Notes under the pieces: generated by a model | Told to the model about the DNA's origin: nothing | Database searches by the model: none | Seen by the model: only the letters and a program-made list of their open reading frames with translations | Program-made: the position numbers and the translations under genes | Shown: in pieces, positions 19,063 to 29,481 of the stretch | Layout of the letters: each line of letters begins with the position of its first letter | How positions within the stretch are numbered: the first letter of the stretch is position 1 | Source of the DNA: a virus | Direction: 5' to 3' (one strand) | IMG/VR virus record: IMGVR_UViG_3300003272_000012 | Span: 16,966-80,965 of that record | Length of the DNA: 64,000 nucleotides

Positions 19063-19255
19063 CCTGCCCTACATTGCGTCTACGAACTTCATCAAACATT
19101 TCATCGACAAAAGATTGCATAATGCCTTTGATGCTGTATGTTGTACTGCCAGATTTAAACTTCATACCATCCGGCAATGATCCTGTAAAATCCTCAGCTT
19201 CGATAAGTAGCTGATCTATCTGTTCGAGTGTTAAATCTGATAAATTGACCACCAT
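19049..19255 (-). CDS. hypothetical protein
   Basis: 68 aa ORF coupled within the leftward operon. Confidence 0.5.
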   Translation of the reverse strand: MVVNLSDLTLEQIDQLLIEAEDFTGSLPDGMKFKSGSTTYSIKGIMQSFVDEMFDEVRRRNVGQGDED

Positions 19256-19271
19256 GTTTACCCTACCCCCA

Positions 19272-19979
19272 CTAGTAGTGTTCGCCGTGTTTAATTTCGA
19301 TACCGTTTGAATCTGAGACCATGTAAATGATTGAGCAACCTACTAGTGCCCACTCGATCTGCACAGGTTTATAGTTGAACCATTCATCATGATCGATAGG
19401 CTCAATCAAAATAGATTCGTCATCACCAGCAAGATAATCTTCGTTAACAATCTTGTAGATTTCTTCACGGAGCGATTCCATCGCGCTTTTATATGAATCA
19501 CCTTGAACAGTGGTTCTGTATTTAGCTTCTTGATACACAAGAACAAAAATATGTTGCTGAGGGTCTGTTAATTTACGTGCGTCTTCGATTACAGATTGCT
19601 CGTTGTTATTAACAATTGTTTGGTAAGTTAGGTCTTCGCTAATGTAGTCTTTCAAAGTATGAACCAAAGTCAGTAGATTTGTTAATCTTAGAGATCTTGA
19701 TTCTTTGATGAATTTCCCCATAAACTCTTTTTCAGCTTCTTCGCAACAAAGAGGTAAAACGATATTGTCATCCCAATCATCCCCACAATGGGAACACACG
19801 GGCATCTCGTCGTGATCAACGCTCATTTGACCAACCAAATCAATATGGCGTTTAATATCAGGAATCATGCCTTCACAAATTTCCTGCTTTGATTCTGGGG
19901 TTTCATTGCCATAAAAGCCTTTGTCTGTCGGGAAAACTTTTAAATACGTATAGAATTTATCGTATTGTGTCTCTCTCAT
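19272..19979 (-). CDS. hypothetical protein with Cys cluster
   Basis: 235 aa; CSHC...LCC. Confidence 0.55.
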   Translation of the reverse strand: MRETQYDKFYTYLKVFPTDKGFYGNETPESKQEICEGMIPDIKRHIDLVGQMSVDHDEMPVCSHCGDDWDDNIVLPLCCEEAEKEFMGKFIKESRSLRLTNLLTLVHTLKDYISEDLTYQTIVNNNEQSVIEDARKLTDPQQHIFVLVYQEAKYRTTVQGDSYKSAMESLREEIYKIVNEDYLAGDDESILIEPIDHDEWFNYKPVQIEWALVGCSIIYMVSDSNGIEIKHGEHY

Positions 19980-19983
19980 TTGG

Positions 19984-20274
19984 TTACTTCTCTACTTTCA
20001 ATTGATTGCTGAGTTCTTCAACTAGCTTTTCCTTGCCAGGTTTGAAACTGATTTTTACACCAATAGTTGGTAGCGGACACACATACAATGTGCGATTGTC
20101 ACGATCGTAGTATGTAGGGTCAAGTATTGGCAGAGTACCGTTGTCCACGGGCATAAATGATTCGTCATCGAGTTCAACCATTTGATTTAGAGTGTCTTCA
20201 TCAATCAGCGCCATTTGGTCTAAAATGCTCTTGAGCATCAAGCGCGCAAAAACAATTTCTTGTTGATCTGTCAT
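19984..20274 (-). CDS. hypothetical protein
   Basis: 96 aa ORF in operon. Confidence 0.5.
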   Translation of the reverse strand: MTDQQEIVFARLMLKSILDQMALIDEDTLNQMVELDDESFMPVDNGTLPILDPTYYDRDNRTLYVCPLPTIGVKISFKPGKEKLVEELSNQLKVEK

Positions 20275-20286
20275 AACTTGTTCCTT

Positions 20287-21078
20287 CTAAAATAAGTTGA
20301 GCTGTTGAGGAGAAACTGGGATGGGACTTACTTGCTGAGGGTTCGTGTCATTGGCTGTAAATGGTATTTCGTCCCAGGTGCGACCATCAAGCTCACGATC
20401 TCGACCGGGAAAGAAATGACTGCCCTGTTTGAACAAAAACGGGATCTCATTTAGTTGGCACACATCACGCATACCACGCACCCATGCTTTGTCAAATGGA
20501 CGACGATTTGCGCCTGACTCACCACCAACAATAACCCAATCGAGTGTGCCATCAGCAATCCATGGTTCAATCTTGGGATCACCAAGTAAGGGTTCTGCAC
20601 TGACAAATCGCCCTGTGTAATGAAATGCCTCCGCAAGACAATCTAGCCGCCAATTAACAGTGCTATCTTCTACGCTGGTACCAAGCCAAATATTGTTGCC
20701 AATCAGCAAATCATTCTGCAATTCAACTGCACGTTGGATTCGCTTGGTTAATACAAGCCAAGTAATATCTGGATTGCCAGTCATCGCATCATACATGCGC
20801 TGGATAGATTCTAATGGCACATCTTCATGGAAGGTGTCGCTGTGGCTATTGACAAAAACCACTGCCCCTGCGGGGATCTTACCTAGATCAGATATAAATG
20901 CCCGTTCACGAATTGTTGGAGGGTGCTTCAAGAAATCTCCACCGTTTGAATTTCTGCCGTTATAGAGTTTGCTGAATGTGAGAGCATAGCAATTACGGCA
21001 ACCTTGCGAAACTTTACTACAGTTATGCGTTAGGAAGTTGAGTGTGTGAGTTGCCCATTCGATTGATGTTTCGCCCAT
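20287..21078 (-). CDS. DUF5131 / phage Gp37-Gp68 family protein
   Basis: TSIEWATHT...CSKVSQGCRNCYA, FVNSHSDTFHE, LTKR, SAEPLLG, WVIVGGESG, FLFKQG. Confidence 0.92.
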   Translation of the reverse strand: MGETSIEWATHTLNFLTHNCSKVSQGCRNCYALTFSKLYNGRNSNGGDFLKHPPTIRERAFISDLGKIPAGAVVFVNSHSDTFHEDVPLESIQRMYDAMTGNPDITWLVLTKRIQRAVELQNDLLIGNNIWLGTSVEDSTVNWRLDCLAEAFHYTGRFVSAEPLLGDPKIEPWIADGTLDWVIVGGESGANRRPFDKAWVRGMRDVCQLNEIPFLFKQGSHFFPGRDRELDGRTWDEIPFTANDTNPQQVSPIPVSPQQLNLF

Positions 21079-21110
21079 TAAAATTTACCTTTCCAATATC
21101 TTATCTCATT

Positions 21111-21131
21111 ATAATGTATATCATACATTAT
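21111..21131. promoter_or_regulatory. palindromic operator candidate
   Basis: ATAATGTAT-ATC-ATACATTAT upstream of the 21078 start. Confidence 0.45.
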
Positions 21132-21176
21132 GTAAAGAAAAATATTAGAATTCTCATCTTCAAAATATGATGGGTT

Positions 21177-22883
21177 TTAGCCAATTTGAGAGATGGTATG
21201 TCTTAGTTGCTCCCGATAGGTCAAAGCTTCCGTAAAAAGGTCGAAATTTCGCAATTCTAGTAGCTCGTCCATCGTCCGCTGAGTGGCATCTAAGCGCAAG
21301 TACATGCAATTGAGAAGAAAATCAGGCAAATTGGGTTCATCGTAACAGACATGAGCGGGATCAATGTCGATGTGGTCTAGAGGCACGGTGTTATCGTTCG
21401 TCTCGATAATATCAACAATCTGCTGAAATAAACTACTATAAGGTGCAAAGTCATTGTGAGACAGCGGTTCAAGACCAAGCTTACTGAATTCTGCAATCAT
21501 CTGATAGTAGTAAGCGTTATCATGCTCCAATAGACACCGAATAACATAGCTTTCAGTTGTGTTATCTGGTGTTGGTATATCCAAAGTTTCTTCAGCTTTG
21601 TTCACTAGTTTTACAGTCATTAATTTATTTGCCATATCAACAAGAGCCAGCGGATTTAAACCAATTTCTAGCGCAAGTTGTTGTACACTCCACAATTTGC
21701 TAGATTCTTCTAATTTGTACAGTTTTGGGATGACTTCATTGGCAATGGCATGTCTCTGCCCTAGCGAGGGATTATCAGGCAATTTGGCAACAGCTCGTGA
21801 AATGAGATAATCAATCACCGGTGATGCATTGCTGATCACATCTTCCCAATTTCCAGCCTTAATGATGTCGTCCGGGTCTTGTCCAGCAGCTAATTCCGCG
21901 ATTCGGATATCTTTTTTATCAAGATGCTCAATAAGATTATCTAATGCGCGATCTGCAGCTTGTTTGCCTGCGTTGTCACCATCAAGGCATAGGACAATCG
22001 TTTTAATATTCGTATCCGCAATTAGTTTAATTTGCTCGTCTGTGAGCGCTGTACCCATCTGGGCAACAACGTTGGTATAACCGGCTTGATGGGCTTGAAT
22101 CACATCCATATAACCTTCGACGATGACAATTTGACTATCCCATTGCGCTTGTTTACGAGCGGTGTGCCAGCCGTAAAGCAAATGTGATTTGTGAAACAGA
22201 TCGGATTCGGTTGAGTTTTTGTATTTTGGTGATTTCCCATCGTCGAGCTTCCGCGCGCCAAATCCAACCACCTGCCCTGCTGCATTTTGAATCGGGATAA
22301 TTAGACGATTCCAAAATGAACATCGCAGTTGCCCATGGTCACTTGTATAAATAATGCCGAGGTCCTCAAGATCCTTAAGTTGATATTTAGCAAGCAACTG
22401 CTTAACGATGTTCTGCCGTGGCGCGTAACCAAGTCGCCATTGTTGGATGCTATCGGACGAGATACCACGATCAGCAAGATATGCTCGGACTGGTTCTGCA
22501 CCATCGTAATCAATCAAGAGATTGGTGTAACGGCTGGCTAAATCATCGAGGATATCGAGTTTGCGCTTTTGGTTATCGCTGAGTTGTTTTTTGTTGTATT
22601 TGGGCAATTCGATACCGGCCTCGTCAGCAAGTGCTTTGAATGCGTCTTTAAACTCAGCGTTGTGATATGTCTGGTAAAAGCTAAAGATGTCACCACCTTC
22701 AGCACAAGCACCGTAACAGCGCCATGTTTGGGTCTGTGGGTTCACCACAAACGATGGTGTTTTTTCGTTGTGGAATGGGCAACAAGCTTTATAGGTTTTG
22801 CCTGACTTCTTCAGCGATGGTACAAACCGCTCGATGTAGCTGACGATGTCGAGACGTGCTTTGATGTCTTGTGTGTGGGTCAT
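21177..22883 (-). CDS. dnaG: DNA primase
   Basis: CHC2 zinc finger (CCPFHNEKTPSF...CYGAC), KYKNS, TOPRIM VEGYMD...CLDGD. Probable start MTHTQ at 22883 (ORF track starts at 22982). Confidence 0.95.
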   Translation of the reverse strand: MTHTQDIKARLDIVSYIERFVPSLKKSGKTYKACCPFHNEKTPSFVVNPQTQTWRCYGACAEGGDIFSFYQTYHNAEFKDAFKALADEAGIELPKYNKKQLSDNQKRKLDILDDLASRYTNLLIDYDGAEPVRAYLADRGISSDSIQQWRLGYAPRQNIVKQLLAKYQLKDLEDLGIIYTSDHGQLRCSFWNRLIIPIQNAAGQVVGFGARKLDDGKSPKYKNSTESDLFHKSHLLYGWHTARKQAQWDSQIVIVEGYMDVIQAHQAGYTNVVAQMGTALTDEQIKLIADTNIKTIVLCLDGDNAGKQAADRALDNLIEHLDKKDIRIAELAAGQDPDDIIKAGNWEDVISNASPVIDYLISRAVAKLPDNPSLGQRHAIANEVIPKLYKLEESSKLWSVQQLALEIGLNPLALVDMANKLMTVKLVNKAEETLDIPTPDNTTESYVIRCLLEHDNAYYYQMIAEFSKLGLEPLSHNDFAPYSSLFQQIVDIIETNDNTVPLDHIDIDPAHVCYDEPNLPDFLLNCMYLRLDATQRTMDELLELRNFDLFTEALTYREQLRHTISQIG

Positions 22884-22896
22884 CAGTTGTCTCCAA

Positions 22897-24372
22897 TCAA
22901 TCTTGCATTTTAGCTTTATTGGCTTCATGGATCTCCCAAAGTGGTCGCGCAGGACCTGATGGGAAGCTGTTTTCTGGCACAAAGCGAAACATATTCATTT
23001 GAGGTGTGACATTGACAACAGTATTGCCAGCATATTCACTTTCACCATCACGGATTTTAACGAGCGCAAGGGTCGTTTTCAGTTTGTCGTCATCCTTGTT
23101 TTTGTTCGGGTGTAAAAACGCGATGGTATCAGCATTGTGCTTGAAGAAACTCGATGAATAGATCATGTCCTGTGTGTACCCACCGGGGTGTTTTTGAGGT
23201 GTGGGGTAACTGTACTGCGCCCCTGCAATGATCGGAATATTATAGCGTTTCTTCCAGCTATCGACACGTGTATAAATGTCTTGGTGATGCTTAAAATCAT
23301 CCGCATTGTTTTCAGGTGCAATCCGCGCGCCACCGGCATAGTCAAAAAAGATCGCATCATAGCCTTTGAGCATCATGGTATCTAATTTGATCTCGATATC
23401 ACTCAGTGTTGGTCGGTTCATCGTCAACAATGTAAATGAGTTTTCAGCATCGTATGTTTTTAACTTGTCATTTGCTGTTGCAAGACGAGATTGTTCCCAA
23501 CCTTGTAACTTTTGCCGTTTAAGTCGGTTGCTATCAATGCCTGCAAAAGCGCACAACAAACGACGATAGCATTGGTCTAAGGGGAGTTCGAGTTGCACCA
23601 TGAGCACCCGTTTACCTGCCATCACAGCATGGAGTGCGGATGTGGCAAGATAAACTGTTTTACCGGAACCAGGAGCACCAGCGATCACGTGTAATGTGGC
23701 GGGTCTGTACCCATCAATTTTGCCATCTAGCGCAGGAAATCCGGTGGAAATTACCGGAGATACCCTGCCCTCCTGCTGAGCTGTTTCGTAATTTTTTATA
23801 AACTTGCTCAATCCATCAGCAACTTTAACAGTTTGTGATTTTGTAGCATGATCCGTCCGCTTGCTCAGCTCAACCACAACTTGGTTTATACGACGCAGCT
23901 TCTCTGAGGCTTTGATCTTCGGATTTTTTATCACCGGCATGAGCTTGTTGACTGCATTTTCAGCCGAGCTACTGATGCTTGCATCAACAATATTCGCGGC
24001 ATGGGTACGATGTCCGCCAACATTCTGATTTGCAAGATAGACTAGCATATCCATCGTGACACGATTTTTAGCTTTGTCTGATTTTTGAATTTCTGACCAG
24101 ACGGTACTCAAGTCAATATCAGAGCCATTGGCGTACAACCGCATCATTGCGACCCAGATGTCACGTAATTCAACAGCATAAAAGTCGCTATGAAAAATTC
24201 CTGTACTATCAACTGCTTCTGCAAATGTTAGGCTTCCTCGCTCGCCTGTTCCGCTTCTGAGAACACAGCCAATCAGGGCTTTCTCGCTATATCGCCAAGT
24301 TGCGTCAACTTCTGGTGCTGTTTGCTGTTGGGTTGTCAATTTATTTGATGGTGCTACAGCTGGCTGTGTCAT
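22897..24372 (-). CDS. dnaB: replicative helicase, DnaB-like
   Basis: DnaB N-terminal (EKALIGCVL), Walker A GAPGSGKT, FFDY Walker B, VKIRDG. Confidence 0.88.
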   Translation of the reverse strand: MTQPAVAPSNKLTTQQQTAPEVDATWRYSEKALIGCVLRSGTGERGSLTFAEAVDSTGIFHSDFYAVELRDIWVAMMRLYANGSDIDLSTVWSEIQKSDKAKNRVTMDMLVYLANQNVGGHRTHAANIVDASISSSAENAVNKLMPVIKNPKIKASEKLRRINQVVVELSKRTDHATKSQTVKVADGLSKFIKNYETAQQEGRVSPVISTGFPALDGKIDGYRPATLHVIAGAPGSGKTVYLATSALHAVMAGKRVLMVQLELPLDQCYRRLLCAFAGIDSNRLKRQKLQGWEQSRLATANDKLKTYDAENSFTLLTMNRPTLSDIEIKLDTMMLKGYDAIFFDYAGGARIAPENNADDFKHHQDIYTRVDSWKKRYNIPIIAGAQYSYPTPQKHPGGYTQDMIYSSSFFKHNADTIAFLHPNKNKDDDKLKTTLALVKIRDGESEYAGNTVVNVTPQMNMFRFVPENSFPSGPARPLWEIHEANKAKMQD

Positions 24373-25869
24373 CTAAAAATCTCCTGTCAGGGAGAAGCCC
24401 AATTCGGCTTCCATTCGTCTGTAAAATTCAGCTTGTTGTTCTGGCGGCGGTGTATAGTCGTCGTAGTCTGGCTCCGGTTGTTTAAAAGGTTCGTCAAAGA
24501 CATCGCGGATTTTATAGCTGGCATAATTAACATGCTCAAAGTGGTTCCACAATTCACGAAATTCTTGAGCAAATTCGGCAATATCTTCGGCGGAACGGGG
24601 TTTATATGGGTGCTCAACACAACGCATGTCAAAGATCCAGCAACCAAATGCATAGAGTTCGTCTGGTTGCATCGGTTGCTCTAGCTTATATTTCTTCCAC
24701 TCACCCGATTTGGCAGTGCCTAGTAGCATCGTTGCCATTCGCTTGGCATGACCCGATTCTACACCCCAGAAATGTTTGACCAACTCAACTGTCATATCCC
24801 AAGTATTGGTATCTTGTCTAATCTGACAACGGAGTAAAGATTCTCGATCATCCCAAATGGTGTTCAGGACGAATGGGATAATCTTGCCATCGTTTTCACG
24901 CACCTTGGTGAAGTTATGCCAAACTGGACGATATACCGATTCACTCAGTTTCTTCTCGGTGCATCTGCCCGATTCAACAAACCATTTGTATTCTGCTTCG
25001 GTGTATGGCTTGTTGCTGAAATCTATAATCTGCTCAGAATATAATTCATCTTCTCGGGGTGATGTCGATTCAGTTACTAATTGTTTCTGTTGCAATTTGA
25101 GTTTTACGTTTTTGAGTAAAAGAGAAAATGCCCTTGGGCGCGCGTAGCGCAATAAATTGTTTATATCTTTTTCTTTTTTGTTTATAACTTGTATATTCTT
25201 GTTTATACCTTTGCGTGTACTCTGTACATGTATTTTTTCGTTTTTACATGTATCCTGTACATCTATTTCACCCAAATTACATGTACTCTGTACATCTATT
25301 TTTTTAGAAGTATGTGTATTCTGTACATGTATTTCGGTACTTTTAGATGTACTCTGTACACTTATTTGTTTATTTTTAGATGTATCCTGTACATGTATTT
25401 CATCATTTTTGCATGTTTCCTGTACACTTATTTGCTTGTCAAGAATAGGCAAAAGCTTGTCGGGAGCAATGGACTTGATGGTCGAAAACAGGTCATCGAA
25501 CATCTGAGATGATGCTTCTCCAACATAGAGATAATCAATCACCATGTCTTTAACTTTTAAAACGGTTGTCAATTGCCATACTTTTTTATTGGAATGTAAT
25601 TGGCGTTCTTTTCCTACACGATGCTCTGACGGAACATTAAATATTGCTCCGTGTGATTCAAGCCAGCTTAAAGCCTCCCCTATTGGCTTATTACTTAAGC
25701 CTGTATCTTGGCAGAGTCTGTCAATCCCTACATAGCAGCGTAAATTGTTATTGCATGCCATGATGAGGTACATCAAAACCGGAAAGCGAGCATCATACGA
25801 TTTCTTTTTGCCATCTGTACGAATATATTTAAGATGAGATCTGAGTTGCCAGTGTGGTGCTTTAATCAT
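24373..25869 (-). CDS. replication initiator (N-terminal wHTH) with internal 11-aa repeats
   Basis: CYVGIDRLCQDTGLSNKPIGEALSWLE HTH; upstream of the helicase; internal I(S/H/D)VQ repeats. Confidence 0.75.
   Translation of the reverse strand: MIKAPHWQLRSHLKYIRTDGKKKSYDARFPVLMYLIMACNNNLRCYVGIDRLCQDTGLSNKPIGEALSWLESHGAIFNVPSEHRVGKERQLHSNKKVWQLTTVLKVKDMVIDYLYVGEASSQMFDDLFSTIKSIAPDKLLPILDKQISVQETCKNDEIHVQDTSKNKQISVQSTSKSTEIHVQNTHTSKKIDVQSTCNLGEIDVQDTCKNEKIHVQSTRKGINKNIQVINKKEKDINNLLRYARPRAFSLLLKNVKLKLQQKQLVTESTSPREDELYSEQIIDFSNKPYTEAEYKWFVESGRCTEKKLSESVYRPVWHNFTKVRENDGKIIPFVLNTIWDDRESLLRCQIRQDTNTWDMTVELVKHFWGVESGHAKRMATMLLGTAKSGEWKKYKLEQPMQPDELYAFGCWIFDMRCVEHPYKPRSAEDIAEFAQEFRELWNHFEHVNYASYKIRDVFDEPFKQPEPDYDDYTPPPEQQAEFYRRMEAELGFSLTGDF
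25213..25440. repeat. seven 33-bp-period iterons (putative replication origin)
   Basis: CTGTACA core at 25222, 25255, 25288, 25321, 25354, 25387 and 25420, exactly 33 bp apart. Confidence 0.8.
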
Positions 25870-26533
25870 GGTAGAACATCCGACTAATTGACTTAATTTC
25901 TTCTAGTTGTATATCTGATAAATCAAACCATTCCCCGTTTATGTTTTGAGCTTCATAGCGTTTATGAAGGTCAGACTCAGCACAATCAATATCATCAGTT
26001 TCAATAAGATGTATGACATCAATGGCAAACGGTAACTTAACAGCCAGTTTATCTATACGTCTAAGAGCTTCCTTGCTTTTACCGATTTTGTAGGTTGGTG
26101 GATCAGTTACTGATTGAATTGTATAAATGTGTCCATGGATATTGGTGTTTTTTGTTGCAGAAGGTTGTAGCCAATGATCTCGATAACACATGCCAGAGGT
26201 TGTTAACATTTTATATAAGTGCTGGCGAAGAATAGCACTTTCTTGAGGGTATTTAGCGTTTCTCTTAGGTAGTGCGTATATAATTCGTTTCTCTGGCTCA
26301 ATCTTCATATGTTCTAGTAAGAAATTTAGAGCAATATCAAGATCATGAAACAAATCAAAAGCTAAATCTAGTGTTTGTATCCAAATAGCATCTATTTTTG
26401 ATGTTTCATGTACAGTCTCTATTGATATTGGGTCGCGCCAATTAAAGCGATATAGAATGCCATTGATTGTCATGTTTTGGAATGTATCCCCAATATTTTC
26501 AATCACATCACGTTTGTTTAATTGAATTTTCAT
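25862..26533 (-). CDS. T5orf172 / MUG113 (GIY-YIG-like) domain protein
   Basis: GHIYTIQ...YKIGKS...RRIDKL...ESDLHKRY...GEWFDL. Confidence 0.85.
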   Translation of the reverse strand: MKIQLNKRDVIENIGDTFQNMTINGILYRFNWRDPISIETVHETSKIDAIWIQTLDLAFDLFHDLDIALNFLLEHMKIEPEKRIIYALPKRNAKYPQESAILRQHLYKMLTTSGMCYRDHWLQPSATKNTNIHGHIYTIQSVTDPPTYKIGKSKEALRRIDKLAVKLPFAIDVIHLIETDDIDCAESDLHKRYEAQNINGEWFDLSDIQLEEIKSISRMFYHD

Positions 26534-26587
26534 ACCACGCTCAAATAATATTTAATGGATATTTAATGGGACAACCCAAAAAACAGG

Positions 26588-26725
26588 TTGCATGAAATGG
26601 AGCTATGCGATATACTTTTCACATAGCAACACGAAAGCTACCCCCTACCAATTCAGGTGGTGGCCTAATAAACTGAACATGTTTTGCAGAAGCACCCTCC
26701 GCCCAAGAGGGTTTTTTGCTTCTTA
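26588..26725 (+). ncRNA. candidate sRNA gene (promoter plus about 100-nt RNA plus terminator)
   Basis: TTGCAT-17 nt-TATACT (26588-26616); hairpin GAAGCA-CCCTC / GAGGG-TTTTT-TGCTTC (26689-26722); no ORF. Confidence 0.5.
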
Positions 26726-26782
26726 GAAACATGTACACCATACTAACACTACTCCAAAATTTCTGCAACTGAATCATAACTA

Positions 26783-28255
26783 TTACCCGAAGTACTCACC
26801 TAGATCAGTAGGATCTGATGGTGTCTCTAGCTGCTTGATGTTGGCGGATGTCAGCAAGTTGTAGTATTTGCCAGATTTATTATTGACCTTGGTTTCATAG
26901 CTGATCACGAGTTCGCGCTGGATGTTGTAGGGATCCTCTTTAGCGGTCCATTCAGCGATGTTGAGTGTATCGGTGAATTGTTTATCGCCGATCATCTCGA
27001 CAAACTTATTTCGTGAAAATGTAACAGCAAGGATTGGATGATAGGTTTCGATGCGTCCAGAGTTGCCGTAATCGACGTAGCGGAATTGATTACAAATCAG
27101 TTGGACATTGGTGTCTTGAGCGAATGTAACGGCTTCATTCCAGAGTTCAATCGGTGAGCTGTATTCTTTTTCAGGATGTTCGACACCCAACCCACCCCGG
27201 ATAAGGTCATCGCCATCTTCAGCGAAATATTGACTGAGCATGGCACAGAGATGTTGATACATGCCAGTGTCCCATTTATCAGAAAATTCTTTGCTCATAT
27301 CAAATGTATTTGTATATTGTGGTTGGGTTGGCTCGTCAATGATTTGTGCTTCTTCGATGGTATCGTCATCTTTTGGCATGGCATCGCTGATCGCTTTTTC
27401 GAGTGATGCACGATCTTTGTATTGTTTGGCGATGTCGGTCCAGCTCGATGCGTTGCTATCTAGCTTGAGATAAAAATCAGCTTTCAGACCATTGTCAGTT
27501 AGGGTTTGTAATAACCAAGCTTTATTCTCAGATTCTTGGAGCCATGTGGTAGCTGGTGGATCTTCAGGTGGTGACTCTGCTTCGTTTGTATTTTGTACCT
27601 GTGCTGCTTGGTTTGACTTGTTGGATTGAGCAGGTTGTTTAACTTGTGCTGGCGTGGCAGTTGATTCGATGATGTCACCGACCGGTGCACCAGATTCATC
27701 AATTTCTTGATTATTGTGGGCGATTTCTTCGAAGGTATAGAGACCACCGATCACATCACTAAATAGTAGTTTTGCTACATTGCTGACAGCGCGCCACCGG
27801 CACATATTTTTAGGATAGGATTTCCAGACACTTTTATTGAGTAGCCCGGCAACTTTGGCATCTTTTAGTGTGAACTCAACTGAGATGGTCTCGTTGGTGT
27901 CTTTGCGGGTCATTGAACATTTTGCACCGATGAACTCTCCGGATTCCGATCGGAGTTCTTCGATATTGCTTTGTGCGAGTAACCCACTGCGACGGACAAG
28001 GGCGAGCATCATTTCACCGGAGCATGTCGGTACACCGTTTACAACATAGATTGTGCGTAATGCGGCGAATGGTGAGATACCAAGTTCTTGGCCATAACCA
28101 ATCAAGAAGAAGGCATCAGCGACTGTGTTGACTTTAGCTAAGGATGACACAACTGCTTTTTCTGCGAGTGTCCAGCAGTATTCAATATTGACGGTAAGCG
28201 TATCTGTTTTTGCAACGAGCGATGGTTGATGTTGTGCTACTTGAATTTGATTCAT
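26783..28255 (-). CDS. recT: RecT/Red-beta family single-strand annealing protein with long C-terminal extension
   Basis: GQELGISPFAALRTIYVVNGVP...WKSYPKNMCRWRAVS...DVIGGLYTFEE. Confidence 0.82.
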   Translation of the reverse strand: MNQIQVAQHQPSLVAKTDTLTVNIEYCWTLAEKAVVSSLAKVNTVADAFFLIGYGQELGISPFAALRTIYVVNGVPTCSGEMMLALVRRSGLLAQSNIEELRSESGEFIGAKCSMTRKDTNETISVEFTLKDAKVAGLLNKSVWKSYPKNMCRWRAVSNVAKLLFSDVIGGLYTFEEIAHNNQEIDESGAPVGDIIESTATPAQVKQPAQSNKSNQAAQVQNTNEAESPPEDPPATTWLQESENKAWLLQTLTDNGLKADFYLKLDSNASSWTDIAKQYKDRASLEKAISDAMPKDDDTIEEAQIIDEPTQPQYTNTFDMSKEFSDKWDTGMYQHLCAMLSQYFAEDGDDLIRGGLGVEHPEKEYSSPIELWNEAVTFAQDTNVQLICNQFRYVDYGNSGRIETYHPILAVTFSRNKFVEMIGDKQFTDTLNIAEWTAKEDPYNIQRELVISYETKVNNKSGKYYNLLTSANIKQLETPSDPTDLGEYFG

Positions 28256-28296
28256 TAGATTTCTCTTTTAAAGTGTGTCCTACATTATTTTATATA

Positions 28297-28308
28297 GAAC
28301 TTATGTTC
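28297..28308. promoter_or_regulatory. LexA (SOS) box, GAAC-N4-GTTC type
   Basis: GAACTTATGTTC, perfect match about 42 nt upstream of the recT start. Confidence 0.65.
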
Positions 28309-28361
28309 CTATTATAGTTCAAGTTTGAGGCGTGACAAGACCGTCACGCCGAGAAATGACA

Positions 28362-28682
28362 TTATGCTGCAAAGTTGATGTACTCCATCATGATGATTTC
28401 GATGATGTCTTGGAGCATTTCTTGTTGACCATGGGCAACCTTGTATATTTGGTTGACTGCGTTGGCGGCATTAATGATCGGGTTGTCTGATGGTGTGTCC
28501 ACGGTGATGCATTGCACCAAAGTTTGAATAATGGGTGCGGTTTGTGGATGCGCTTCGGTGGGATAGACGCTGAGTGTGAGCATCTCGATCGCCATGTTGC
28601 GAGTGGTTTCATCCAATGTGTTTAGGATGGATAAAATTTTATTTTCATTTAATTCTGGTGATGGGTTTTGTTGATCGTTCAT
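28362..28682 (-). CDS. hypothetical protein
   Basis: 106 aa ORF with RBS (GAAGG). Confidence 0.6.
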   Translation of the reverse strand: MNDQQNPSPELNENKILSILNTLDETTRNMAIEMLTLSVYPTEAHPQTAPIIQTLVQCITVDTPSDNPIINAANAVNQIYKVAHGQQEMLQDIIEIIMMEYINFAA

Positions 28683-28835
28683 GTTTGTTTGCCTTCAAAG
28701 TATTTTCGTCTGTTGTTGTCTAATGATTTCGCTATATGTTGTTATTTAGTTTTTTAATTACAGTAATTTTAGTGAGAACAAATGATCTATGAATTATTAT
28801 CTTATCATAGGCGGGTTCTCTATTACTGTTAACCT

Positions 28836-29156
28836 TTACCAACCGCCATTTTTAGCCGATTCCCGTGAGTACGTTAGCTGGCTTGGGATAGCTGTGTAAC
28901 ATTTTGCCAACGTAGCGTTATAAATGGCAAACATTAAACGGACTAGTGTTACATTTAATACAATAAGCCAAGGTATGACACGGAATAGGCGTGACGATAT
29001 ACAATTGTTTTGGATTGAGATAATGCGGTGCGACGCACCATGGATTGAGGATGTCTGCAATTGTGCTTGATACACCCCAAGCACGTTTACATATTTTAAC
29101 CGATTTGTTACACGATTCCTGTTGGTGCTTGGTTTGATGTTGGTACAGATTTGCAT
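28836..29156 (-). CDS. hypothetical protein
   Basis: Strong RBS GAAAGGAGGA precedes MQICTN at 29156 (ORF track extends to 29243). Confidence 0.5.
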   Translation of the reverse strand: MQICTNIKPSTNRNRVTNRLKYVNVLGVYQAQLQTSSIHGASHRIISIQNNCISSRLFRVIPWLIVLNVTLVRLMFAIYNATLAKCYTAIPSQLTYSRESAKNGGW

Positions 29157-29187
29157 ACGATCCTCCTTTCGGTTTGTTGTGACATGC

Positions 29188-29296
29188 TTGTTAGAAAATA
29201 TGTTCCGTGATAAAATCTCCTTGTGTGAATTGCTGGCGTGCAATTAGTCAGTGATTGAATATGATTGCGAAGGGCACCCCATGTGGGTGCCTTTTT
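29188..29296 (+). ncRNA. candidate cis-antisense sRNA (about 75 nt)
   Basis: TTGTTA-17-TAAAAT promoter; AATTGC/GCAATT hairpin; GGCACCC/GGGTGCC plus TTTTT terminator. Confidence 0.5.
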
Positions 29297-29481
29297 GCGT
29301 TCATATAGATGGTAGCAGGCAACATCGCCGTATGGCTCGCCTACCCTGCTCGGTTAATGACATGTGTCTGGAGGTGTGTTACGATAGGAGCACACACCTG
29401 AATCTCAGGGTGCTTCACTCCCGCCTATGGAAAGGTCTGTCAAACTTTAGCCATAGGTGGGAGTTCCACACCACTAGTCAA

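Noticed and set aside
25157-25512. Cys/Tyr-rich repetitive plus-strand ORFs
   Set aside because: Antisense translations of the iteron tract.
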